Positions 1 through 10,900 of a stretch of DNA of 64,000 bases are shown piece by piece. Source of the stretch: an uncultured Acidobacteriota bacterium. Lineage in GTDB: Bacteria > Acidobacteriota > Thermoanaerobaculia > Multivoradales > UBA5704. The DNA lies in the NCBI GenBank assembly GCA_963770895.1, contig CAVYRF010000002.1, positions 3,712,001 to 3,776,000 on the forward strand, given 5' to 3'. The position numbers and the translations under genes are program-made. Position 1 is the stretch's first letter; every line of letters starts with the position of its first letter. The notes beneath the pieces were generated by a model, which was given only the letters and a program-made list of their open reading frames with translations, did no database searches and was not told the origin of the DNA.

Positions 1-1996
1 CCTGTTCAACCTGTACGGCCCCAGCGAGGACACCACCTACTCCACCTGGTGGTGCGGCCGGCGAGGAGCGACGGCGGCCGGCGCGCCGCCGATCGGCCGG
101 CCCATCGCCGGCAGCCGCGCGCAGGTCCTGGACGCCGGTATGCGGCCGGTGCCGCCCGGCGTGCCCGGCGAGCTGTACCTGGGCGGCGACGGCCTGGCCC
201 GCGGCTACCTGCGGCGCCCGGACCTCACCGCGGCGTCCTTCGTGCCCGATCCCGGCGCCGGCACCACGGCAGCGCCGGGCGATCGCCTGTACCGCACCGG
301 CGACCTGGTGCGCCTGCTCGCCGACGGCAACCTGGCCTTCCTGGGGCGCCTGGACCAGCAGGTGAAGGTGCGCGGCTTCCGCATCGAGCTGGGCGACGTC
401 GAGGCGGCGCTGGCCGCCGCGCCGGGGGTGGCCGCCGCGGCGGTCGAGGCGCGCGGTCGAGGCGCCGACCGCCGCCTGCTCGCCTGGGTGGCGCCGGCGC
501 CCGGCGCCACGGTCACCGCCGAGCAGGTGCGCCACCTCCTGCGTGCGCGGCTCCCCGAGGCGATGATCCCCGGCACCGTCTCCCTGCTTGACGACCTGCC
601 GCGCCTGCCCAACGGCAAGCTGGACCGCCGGGCGCTGGCGGCGTTGCCGGCCGGCGAGCCGGGCGAGGCGTCCTCCGCCGGTGCCGCCTACCAGGCGCCG
701 CGCACCGCCACCGAAGCGGCTCTGGCCGCGATCTGGTGCGATTTGTTAGCCATGCAGCGAGTCGGCGTGCGCGACGACTTCTTCGCCCTGGGCGGCCACT
801 CGCTGCTGGCGGTGCGCCTGATGGCTCGCGTCCGCCGCCAGTTCGGCAGCGACCTGCCGCTCGCCAGCCTGTTTGCCAGCGGTACGGTGGAACGGCTGGC
901 CGCGCTGCTGGCGCACGGCGGCGCGGTGGCGCCGCGCGAAGCGCTGGTGCGGCTCACGCCGCCGGACCGGACGGCCGCGGCGCCGGCGCTGTTCTGCGTC
1001 CACCCGGCGGGAGGCAACGTGCTGTGCTACGCCGACCTGGCGCGCGCCTGCGACGCGGACCTGCCGGTCTATGGCCTGCAGGTGCCGGAGGCCCTGGTGC
1101 CCTCGGCACCCGCTGCCGGAGAGCCCGGAGTCCTTGCGGCGGCCACGGATGCGGCGGTGGCTTCAGCGGCTGGGGTGTCCGCGGCACCTGGCGGTCTCAC
1201 GGTCGAAGGGCTGGCGGCCCGCTACGCGGCGGCGGTGCGCGCCGTGCAGCCGGCCGGCCCGTACCACCTTGCCGGCTGGTCCCTGGGCGGCGGCATCGCC
1301 TTCGAGATGGCGCGCCAGCTGACCGCGGCCGGCCAGCCGGTGGCGCTGCTGGCCCTGATCGACGCCCCGGCGCCCGGCGGCGGCGGCGCGGTGATCGGCG
1401 AGCTCGACAGCCGGGATGGTCTCGCCGGCGGCGCCGGGCGCGGTGACCGCCACGACGGCGATGACCGCAATGCTGGCGACGACGGCGACGACGGCGGCGA
1501 GGCTGACGATGCCGTCGACGCCGGGCTGCTGGCCTGGTTCGCTCGCGACCTTGCGGGGCTGCACGGCTACGACCTGGCGCCGCCGCTCGCCGAGCTGCGC
1601 CGCCTGCCGGCCGCCGAGCGGATCCCCTGGCTGGTGGCCGCGGCGCGCGCCGCCGACCTGCTGCCGCCCGAGCTGGACGCCGCCGAGATCGAGCGGCTGT
1701 TCGGCCTGTTCCGCGCCGTCGCCGCCGCGGCGCGCGCCCACCGGCCCGCCGCCTGGGAAGGGCAGACCGGCGAAGCCCTGCTGCTGCTGGGAACCGCCTC
1801 CCGCCTGCCGGAGCTGACCGCCAACGCCGATCCGACCTGCGGCTGGGGCCGCCTGGCGCCGGCAGGCGTCACCGTCGAGCGAGTGCCGGGCGATCACTAT
1901 TCGATGCTGCGCGAGCCCGGCGTCCAGACCCTGGCCGCCAGCCTGCGCCGCCGCCTGGGCGGTGGCGAGGAGCAGCCGGCGAGAGGCGACACATGA
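1..1996 (+). CDS. NRPS, 5'-truncated: C-terminal part of A domain - PCP - thioesterase
   Basis: Open frame from nt 2 (LFNLYGPSEDTTYST). A-domain motifs GELYLGG, LYRTGDL, QVKVRGFRIELG, LPNGKLDR. PCP FFALGGHSL. TE GWSLGG and PGDHYSM. The ORF-track start at 140 is internal; the gene begins before the window. Confidence 0.95.
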   Translation, partial: LFNLYGPSEDTTYSTWWCGRRGATAAGAPPIGRPIAGSRAQVLDAGMRPVPPGVPGELYLGGDGLARGYLRRPDLTAASFVPDPGAGTTAAPGDRLYRTGDLVRLLADGNLAFLGRLDQQVKVRGFRIELGDVEAALAAAPGVAAAAVEARGRGADRRLLAWVAPAPGATVTAEQVRHLLRARLPEAMIPGTVSLLDDLPRLPNGKLDRRALAALPAGEPGEASSAGAAYQAPRTATEAALAAIWCDLLAMQRVGVRDDFFALGGHSLLAVRLMARVRRQFGSDLPLASLFASGTVERLAALLAHGGAVAPREALVRLTPPDRTAAAPALFCVHPAGGNVLCYADLARACDADLPVYGLQVPEALVPSAPAAGEPGVLAAATDAAVASAAGVSAAPGGLTVEGLAARYAAAVRAVQPAGPYHLAGWSLGGGIAFEMARQLTAAGQPVALLALIDAPAPGGGGAVIGELDSRDGLAGGAGRGDRHDGDDRNAGDDGDDGGEADDAVDAGLLAWFARDLAGLHGYDLAPPLAELRRLPAAERIPWLVAAARAADLLPPELDAAEIERLFGLFRAVAAAARAHRPAAWEGQTGEALLLLGTASRLPELTANADPTCGWGRLAPAGVTVERVPGDHYSMLREPGVQTLAASLRRRLGGGEEQPARGDT

Positions 1997-4900
1997 GCCG
2001 GGCGGTGGAGGAGCGCCCCGCCGTGACGGCGCCCGCCGCGGCGCGGGACCTGGATCGCGCCAGCCTGCTGGCCCTGCCGCCGCCAGCCCGCCTGGCCGCG
2101 CTCACCGCCGACCTGGGCCGGCGCGCCGCCGCGGTGATCGGCACCGGCACGGCGATGCTGGCGGCCGACGAGCCATGGACCGCACGCGGCCTGGATTCGC
2201 TCGCCGCCGTGGAGCTCAGCCATACGATCGAAAGCACCTTCGGCGTCGCGCTGGCGCTCGATTCGCTGCTCGCGGGCGCCACTGCTACCGGCCTTGCCGC
2301 AGAGATCCTGGATGCGCTTGCCGGCGACGGCGCGGCACCCCAGGCCCTTGCCTCCACGGTTACGGCCCAAGCGGCACCCGGCGGTGTGGTCGGTCCGGCG
2401 GAGCGGACGGGACGGTGTGAAGTCGGAGCGATGGGCGCGCCGTCCGCGGCGGAGTTTTTGCCCTCTTCGGCGGCGGCAAGCGAGGCTGGCGGACCCGCGT
2501 CCCACGGCCAGCGGGGTCTTTGGTTCGTGGAGCGGCTGACGCCGGGCAGCACTGCGTACCACCTTGCGGCGGCGGCACGTGTGCGTCGGCGGCTGCCGAT
2601 CGGCGCGCTGCGGGCGGCATTCGACCGAGCGGTCGAGCGCCACGAGACGCTGCGCACCACCTTCCCAGCCCGCGACGGCGAGCCGTGGCGGCGCGTCGCG
2701 CCGGCCGCCGCGGCGCGCGATGCGTACGACTTTGCCGAGCATGTGCTGGACGGCGTGACGGATGCGGTGGCGCGTCGGCTCCTGGAGGAGGAGGCGTTCC
2801 GCCCGTTCGACCTGGAGCGCGGGCCGCTGCTGCGCGTGCACTGCTTCTACCGCGGCGGTGACACCTGGCTGCTGGTCGCGGCCCACCACCTGGTTGCCGA
2901 TTTCTGGTCCTTCGGCCTGCTGGCGCGCGAGCTGGCGCCGCCGCCCCAGGCACCAGCCCCGCGTCCCGGCGTCCCGCCGCGGCAAGCACCGCCGGCCGCG
3001 CGCTATGGCGATTTCGTGGAGTGGCAGCAGCGCCTGCTGGCCGGTGCTGCGGGAGAGCGGCTCGCCGCTTTCTGGCACGAGCGCCTGCATGGGCTGCCGG
3101 ACCTGGAGCTGCCCGCCGACCGGCCGCGCGGCAAGGTGCCTGCGGTAGCGCCTGTGGCAGCGGTTCCGGCGGTTGCGGTTCCGGCCGATGCGGCACCGGC
3201 GGCTGCAGCTCCGGCGGCGGCGCCCGGCGCGATGGTCGGCAGCCTGCTGCCGCCGGCGCTGCTTGACCGGCTGGAACGGCTGGCTCGCGATCACGGCACG
3301 ACCCTGTTCACCAGCCTCCTGGCGGGCTTTCAGGCGCTCCTGGCGCGTGCCACCGGCCAGACCGACTTTGCGGTCGGCGTGCCGGCGGCGGGGCGATCTG
3401 CGGCGCTGCCGGGCACCGCCGAGATCTTCGGCTACCTGGTCAATCCGCTGGTGTTGCGCGGCGACCTGCGCGGCGACCTGGGTTTTGCGGACCTGGTACG
3501 GCGCACGCGCGACGAGCTGCTGGCGGCGCTCGCCCACCAGGACTACCCGCTGCCGCTGCTGGCCCAGCGGCTGCGTCTGGAGCTTGGCGACCGGCCGTTG
3601 CTGCGGGCGCTACTGATCCTGCACCGGCCGCCGGCGGACCTGCCGGGGCTCACCGCCTTTGCGCTGGGGCAGGCGGGAGGCCGGCTGCGCCTGGCGACCG
3701 CTGGCGGCGCCGCGGTCGAGTTGGAGTCGCTGCCGCTGGCGCCGCGCGGCGCGCAATTCGAGCTGAGCCTGGCCTGCGGCCGGCGCGACGGCAGTTTGAG
3801 CGTCGCCTTGACCTATCGCTCCGACCTGTTCGACGGGGCGACCGCGAAGCGGCTGGTGGATCACCTGTGCAACCTGCTGGCCGCCGCCGTCGAGCGTCCG
3901 GCGGCACCGCTGGCGGCGCTGCTGCACCTGGGCGCCGCGGAGCGCCACCAGCTCCTGGTCGAGTGGGCCGCGGGGCTCTGCGGGCAGGCCGCGGTGTCGT
4001 GGAGCCGGGGGCTGGCGGGACAAGGCGCGGCGTCCATAAACGTGCTGCATTCCGGAAACGTGCTGCATTCCGGTCCGGTCTCTGCGCCGTGGGCCGCGGC
4101 TGGGTCCGGCGCCAAAGGCGGCGCTGACGGACCCTTCGCGACGACGCTGCACCAGGCGTGTGCGCTCCAGGCGGCGCGCACTCCGGCGGCGCCGGCGGTA
4201 ATCGCGGACGGCGCAATCCTGACCTACGCCCAACTTGACGAGCGGGCCGCCGCCCTGGCCGCCCGACTGCGCCAGCTGGGCTCCGGCCCCGAAACGGTGG
4301 TGGGGGTCTGCCTGCCGCGCAGCGCGGCGCTGGTTACGGCGCTCCTCGCCGTGCTCAAGGCCGGCGCCGCTTACCTGCCGCTCGACCCGACGTATCCAGC
4401 GCAACGTCTGCATTGGATGATCGAAGACGCGGCGGCGACGCTCCTGGTGACGCGCGCCGACGTCTGGACCGCACGTACAGCTCCCGGCGTTCGCCAGGTC
4501 GAGGTGGACGCGGACGGCTTGCCAACTTCTCCGGCTCGCGCCGGCCATGGCGTGAGCGCCGAGTCTCAGCCGGCCGGACCTGATCTCGCGCCGGCGCGGG
4601 CGGCGATGGCGGCGGGGCCGGCGAACCTGGCGTACGTGATCTACACCTCGGGATCGACGGGGCGGCCGAAGGGGGTCGGGATCACCCACGGCGGTGCGCT
4701 GCGCCTGCTGGCATGGGCGGGCGAGGCGTTTGGCGCTGCGGAGCTTGCAGGCGTGCTGGCGGCGACGTCGGTGGGGTTCGACCTGTCGGTGTTCGAGCTG
4801 TTTGCGCCTCTGGCGTCGGGCGGCGCCGTGGTGATGGCCGAAAACGCCTTGGCTCTGCACGGCCTGGCAGCGGCGCGGCAGGTGACGCTGCTCAACACGG

Positions 4901-7900
4901 TGCCTTCGGCGCTCTCCGCGCTGCTCGACCTGGGGCCGCTGCCCGCCGGGTTGCGCACAGTCTGCCTGGCCGGCGAGCCGCTGCCGCGGGCGCTGGCAGA
5001 TCGCCTGCACGCGGCGCAGCCGGGGGTGCGGCTGCTCAACCTGTACGGGCCGTCGGAGGACACCACCTATTCGACCGGTGCGACAGTCGCGGCCGGCGAT
5101 CCGCGCCCGCCGGCGATCGGCCGCGCCGTCGCCGGTTCGCTGGCCTACGTGGTGGGGCGCGGCGGCGAGCTGCTGCCGGCCGGCATCCCCGGCGAGTTGC
5201 ACCTGGGCGGCGCGGCCCTGGCGCGCGGCTATCTGCGGCGCCCCGAGCTGACCGCCGAGCGCTTCGTGCCCGATCCGTTCGGCTCGCCGGGCGGGCGCCT
5301 GTACCGCACCGGCGACCTGGTGCGGTTGCGCCAGGATGGCCAGCTCGACTTTCTTGGCCGCATCGACCGCCAGGTGAAGCTGCGCGGCTTCCGCATCGAA
5401 CCGGGCGAGATCGAAGCCGCGCTGGCAGCCCATCCGGCGGTGCGCGAAGCGGTGGTGGACCTGCGCCGCGACGACCCGTCGCCGCGCCTGGTCGCCTACC
5501 TGACGCCGGCGGCGCCTTCGGCGGCGCTAGGCGCCGTGGAGCGTCCTACGGACGAGGCGCTGAAGGCGTTTCTGGGCGCGCGCCTGCCGGCGGCGCTGGT
5601 GCCCGCGGCCTTTGTCTGGCTGCCGGCGCTGCCGCTGTCGGCCAACGGCAAGATCGATCGCGCGGCGCTGCCGACGCCGGAGCGGGCAGCTCCCGCGCCG
5701 GCGGACCAGGCGCCGCGCGGGCCGGTGGAGCAGGTCCTGGCCGCTCTGTGGTGCGAGCTGCTGGGTATTGAGCGGATCGGGCGCGACGACGACTTCTTTG
5801 CCCAGGGCGGCCATTCGCTTCTCGCCGCCCGCCTGGTGGCGCGCATGCGCCAGGCGCTCGGCGTCGAGCTGCCGCTGGCGGCACCCTTCGCCGCCCCCAC
5901 CATCGCCGCCCTTGCGCGCCGCGTCGAGGAGGCGCGAGCCGCGGCCTACGGGTCGCCGGTCGCCGTCGACGGGTCGTTGGCTGCCGCTGCCGACATTCAG
6001 CCGGCGCCGCGCGACCGCCCGGTGCCGCTGTCCGCGGCGCAGCGGCGCCTATGGCTGCTCGACCAGCTGTCGCCCGGCCAGGCGGCCTACAACATGCCGC
6101 TGGCCGTGCACCTGCGCGGCAAGCTCGATCTCCGGGCGCTGGCCGCAGCCCTGGCTGAGGTGGTGCGCCGCCACGAAGCGCTGCGCACCACGTTCGTCCA
6201 GGCCCCCGGCGGCGAGCCGCTGCAACGGATCGCTCGCGCCGGCGCGTCGCCGCGGCTGCCGGCAGGTGGCGGCAATGGAGCCGCCGGTGCGGCGCCGCGG
6301 CTGCCAGGTGGCGGCAATGGAGCCGCCGGTACGGCGCTGCGGCTGCCAGGCGGCGGCAATGGAGCCGCCGGTACGGCGCTACCTTGCATCGACCTTGCGG
6401 CACTGCCGGCGGCGCGGCGCGGCGACGTTGCCAGCCGGCTGGCGGCCGAGGCGGCGCGGCGACCGTTCGACCTGGTGCGCGGGCCGCTGCTGCGGGCCAT
6501 CCTGACGGCGGCCAGCGACGACGAGCACCTGCTGGTCATAGTGCTGCACCACGCCGTGGGCGACCTGTGGTCGCTCGGCGTGATGCTGGCCGAGCTGGCG
6601 GCGCTCTACCAGGCGTACCGTGCGGGTGCGCCGGCGGACCTGCCGCCGCCGCGCCTCCAGGCCGCGGACCACGCGGTATGGGAAGCGGCGCGGCCGGCGC
6701 CGTCCGCCGCGGACCTGGAGACCTGGCGGCGGCGCCTGGCCGGGGTGGCCGACCTGGAGCTGCCGCTGGACCGCCCGCGGCCGGCGGTGTGGGACGTGCG
6801 AGGCGGCCAGATCGCGGGCTCCCTGCCCGCCCCGCTGGTCGCGGCGCTCGCCGCCCTGGTGCGCCGCGGCGGCGCGACGCTGTTCATGGGGCTGGCCGCG
6901 GCCTGGGCGCTGCTGCTGCGCCGCCTGAGCGGCCAGCGCCAGCTGGCGTTGGGCGCCGCTTCGGGTTTGCGCGAACGTCCCGAGCTTGCCGGCGTCGTCG
7001 GTTGCTTCGTCGACACCCTGGTCCTGCCGGTGACGATCGCCGATGGCGAACCGTTCTCCCGCTTGGTCGAGTCGGTGCGCGACGCGGTGCTCGCGTCCTA
7101 CCTGCACCGCGATCTGCCCTTCGATCGCCTGGTCGAAGCCTTGCGCCCGCGGCGCGATCCCGCCCGCCCGCCGCTGGTGCAGGCCCTGATCGCCCTGCAG
7201 GAGCTCCCCCCAGGCTTCGCCGCGCCGCGCTTCGCCGGTCTGGAGGTCGAAGCCCGGCCGCTCGCCAGCGGCGCCGCCCAGCTGGAGCTGTCGCTGGCTC
7301 TGCGCTACGCGGCGCCAAGCGGCCTGGCAGGAGGGTGCGGCGCGGCTGGCGGAGCCGGTCAGGTGCCTGAACTGGTCGGCGCCAGGCCGCATCGGCCAGG
7401 TGGTGCGGCAGAACCGCTGCCCGCAAGCGGGGCTCCAGCGCAACCTGCAGGCCAGTCAGGCGATCACCGCCGCGGTGCCGGTCGAGTCGATGCGCCGCAG
7501 CTCGTCAAAGAGGCGGGCCGGTCCGAACGGTTCAGTACGGCCGGCGAGTCTGGTCTGGAGGGAGAGATCGAATACGCCGCGCGGCTCTTCGACCCGGCCA
7601 CGGTGGGCCGCCTGTGGTTGTCGCTTACGGCGCTGATCGAGGGCGCGATGCGGACGCCGCAGGCCGCCGCCGGCGAGCTGCCGCTGCTGCCGGCCGCGGC
7701 ACGCCACCAGTTGCTGGTCGAATGGAACGATGCGCCGGCCGAACGGGCGCGCGCCGCGGCCCCCGACGTCATGGCGCGCATCGCCGCGCAGGTGGCCGCG
7801 ACGCCCGACGCGGTGGCGCTGGAAGCCGGCGTTTCCGCGCTCACCTACGGCGAGCTGGGCCGGCGCGTCGCCGCCCTGGCCTCCGTCCTGGCGCGCCGCG

Positions 7901-10900
7901 GCATTGGTCCCGAGACGCGTGTGGCGCTGGAGGCGCGGCGCGCCCCCGAGATGGTCCTGGCCGTGCTGGCCGTGCTGGCGGCGGGAGGCGCCTACGTGCC
8001 GCTCGATCCCGCCGCGCCAGCCGAGCGCCGCGCCCGCATCGTCGTCGAAGCCGCGCCATACCTGGTTCTGGGCTGGGGCGGACCGCCGCTCGCCGAATAT
8101 CCTTGCCCGCTCATCGCGCTGGAGCGGCACGGCGCGCCGGTCGCTGCCGCGACGGCGCCGCCGCCGGTGACAGCCTCGCCTGCGGCTGTGCCTGAGAGCC
8201 TGCCGGCTGCCGCATCGGGCCTGCCTGCCGCTGCGACGGAGCAGGGCGGTGTGCCGCTCGCCCATTCGGTGGCGGCGCCGCCGGTGACGGCCTCGCCTGC
8301 GGCTGTGCCTGAAAGCCTGCCGGTTGGCGCGTTGGGTCTGCCGGCCGCGTCCACGAACCAGGGCGGCGCACTGATCGCCGGCGCGGCGGCGGACGGCGAT
8401 CAGCCGGCGTACGTGCTGTTCACCTCGGGCTCCACCGGTACGCCCAAGGGGGTGGTGGGCCGCCGCCGGGCGCTGTCGGGGTACCTGGCGGCCGCGGGGG
8501 AGGCATATGGGTTGGCGGCGGGCGATCGGCTGCTGCAGTTCGCGGCGCTGGGGTTCGACACCTCGGCCGAGGAGATGCTGTGCGGGCTGGCGCGCGGTGC
8601 CACGCTGGTGCTGCGCGACGATGCGATGCTGGCTTCGTGCGGCGACTTTTTGGCCGCGTGCGCGCGCTTGGGGCTCACCGTGCTGGATCTGCCGACCGCC
8701 TACTGGCACGAGCTTTCGGCACATCTGGCGGGGGCGCCGGGGTCACTGCCGCCGGCGCTGCGGCTGGTGGTGGTGGGCGGCGAGGCGATGCGGCGGCCGG
8801 CTGCCGACCCCTGGGTGCGTGCCGGCGTCCGGTTGATCAACTCCTACGGCCCCACCGAAGCCACGATCGGCGCCACCGCGGCCGCGCTTACGGTGGCCGC
8901 GCTCGACGTGCTGGGCGCGGCGCAGCGCGAAGTGTCGGCCGGCCGGCCGGTGGGCGCCGCAGTTGCGCACGTGGCCGCCGGGGATGCGGCGGTCGCGGGT
9001 GGCGCCGCGCCGGGGTGCGGCGAGCCGGCGCCGATCGGCGTTGCGGGCGAGCTGCTGCTGGGCGGCGACGGCTTGGCGCGCGGCTACCACGGCCGGCCTG
9101 ACCTGACCGCCGAGCGCTTTGTCCCCGATCCGTGGAGCGGCCGTCCCGGCGAGCGCCTGTACCGCACCGGCGACCGCGCCCGCCGCCGCGCCGACGGCGA
9201 GATCGAGATCCTGGGCCGGCTGGACGACCAGGTGAAGGTGCGCGGCTACCGCGTCGAGCTGGGCGACATCGAAGCCGCCCTGCTGCGCCATCCGCGGGTC
9301 AGCGCCGCCGCGGTGCTGCTGCGTCCCGCCGCGGAAGGGGGGTTGGTCGGCTATGTGGCGCCGGCCGCCGCTCAGGTGCCGCCGCAACAGCCGGAGGCGA
9401 TCGCCGTCGCCATCGCCGCGGCGGCCGCGGCCGCGGCGGCCGCGGCGCCGACCGAAGCGGAGCTGCGCCGCTTCGTACGTTCCCTGCTGCCTGAGTACAT
9501 GGTGCCCGCACGCTGTGTCGTGCTGGACGCGCTGCCGCGCAATCTGAACGGCAAGGTGGACCGGCGCCTGCTGCCGCCGCCCCCGTCCCCTGTCGCCGCA
9601 ACCGGCGCAAGCAGTGCAACCGGTGCAACCAGCGCGGCCGACGGAAGCAGCGCGACAGCCGCGGTCTCCGCTGCTGCCGCGGCAGCGGCGCAGGGTGCGG
9701 GGCGAGGTGCGTCGGCCGGTGTGCCGGACACAGTTCCGGCGGGTGTCTCGGCTGCGGCCGATCCGCTGTGGGACGCGATCGCCGCGGTGTGGGCCGAGGT
9801 GTTGGGGCGGCCGGTGACGGGAGCCGAAGAGGACTTTTTCGATCTTGGCGGCCATTCGCTGCTCGCGGCGCAGGTGGTCGCCCGCCTGCGCGACCGGTTC
9901 GCGATCGAGCTGCCGCTGCTCGCCATCTTCGAAGCCCCGACGGTCGCCGCGCTGGCCGAGCGGGTGGCGGCAGCGCTCGCCGTGGCCGGTCCCGCGGCGG
10001 ACCAAGATACCGCGGCCGGTCCCGTGGCGGGTCTGGATACCGCGGCCGCGCGCCAGGCCGGCGACGACGCGCCTCTGGGCAACGCCGCCGCCGTGGCGGC
10101 AAACGCAGCCGTCGCCGCTGCGGGCGTCGCGCCGCTCTCCCATTCGCAGGAACGGTTGTGGTTCCTGGACCGGCTGCAATCAGGCAGCCCCTTTTACAAC
10201 CTGACGGGCGCGGTGCACCTGGCCGGCAGACTGGCCGCCGGGGCGCTTGCTGCCAGCCTCAACGAGGTGGTGCGGCGGCACGGGGCGCTGCGCACCACCT
10301 TCGGGTCGGTGGGCGGCGAGCCGGTGCAGCAGATCGCGCCGCGGCTGCGTCTGCTGCTGCCGGAGGTCGACCTGGCGGCGTTGCCGGCGGCGCGCTGCGC
10401 GGTGGTGGCGCGGCGGCTGGCCGCGGCCTGGGGGCGGCAGAGCTTCGATCTCGAACGTGGGCCGCTGCTGGCGGTGCTGTTCCTGCGTCTGGGCGCCGAA
10501 GAAGGAATGCTGGCGCTGGCGGTGCACCACATCGTGGCCGACGGCTGGTCGCTGGCGCTGCTGACCGGCGAGCTCGCCGCGGGGTACGCCGACCTGCTGG
10601 CCGGGCGGCCGCCGGCGCTGGCGGAGCCGCCGCAGTTTGCCGACCTGGCGCGGCGCGAGCGGCGGCAGCTGGGCGGTGCGGCGTTGGCGGCGGAGCTGGC
10701 GTATTGGCGCGGGCGGCTGGCCGGCCTGGCGCCGACCGAGCTGCCGGGCGACCGGCCGCGCCCGCCGGTGCAGACGTTCCGCGGCGCGGTGCTGCCGGCG
10801 GCGCTGCCGGCGGCGGTGGTGACGGCGCTGGGCGCTGCCGGCCGGAGCCGCGGCGCGACGCTGTTCATGAGCCTGCTGGCGGCCTGGACGGCGCTGCTCT

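Noticed and set aside
6250-6378. Regularly spaced repeats as a possible CRISPR array
   Set aside because: Contiguous in-frame tandem units without unique spacers; no cas genes in the window
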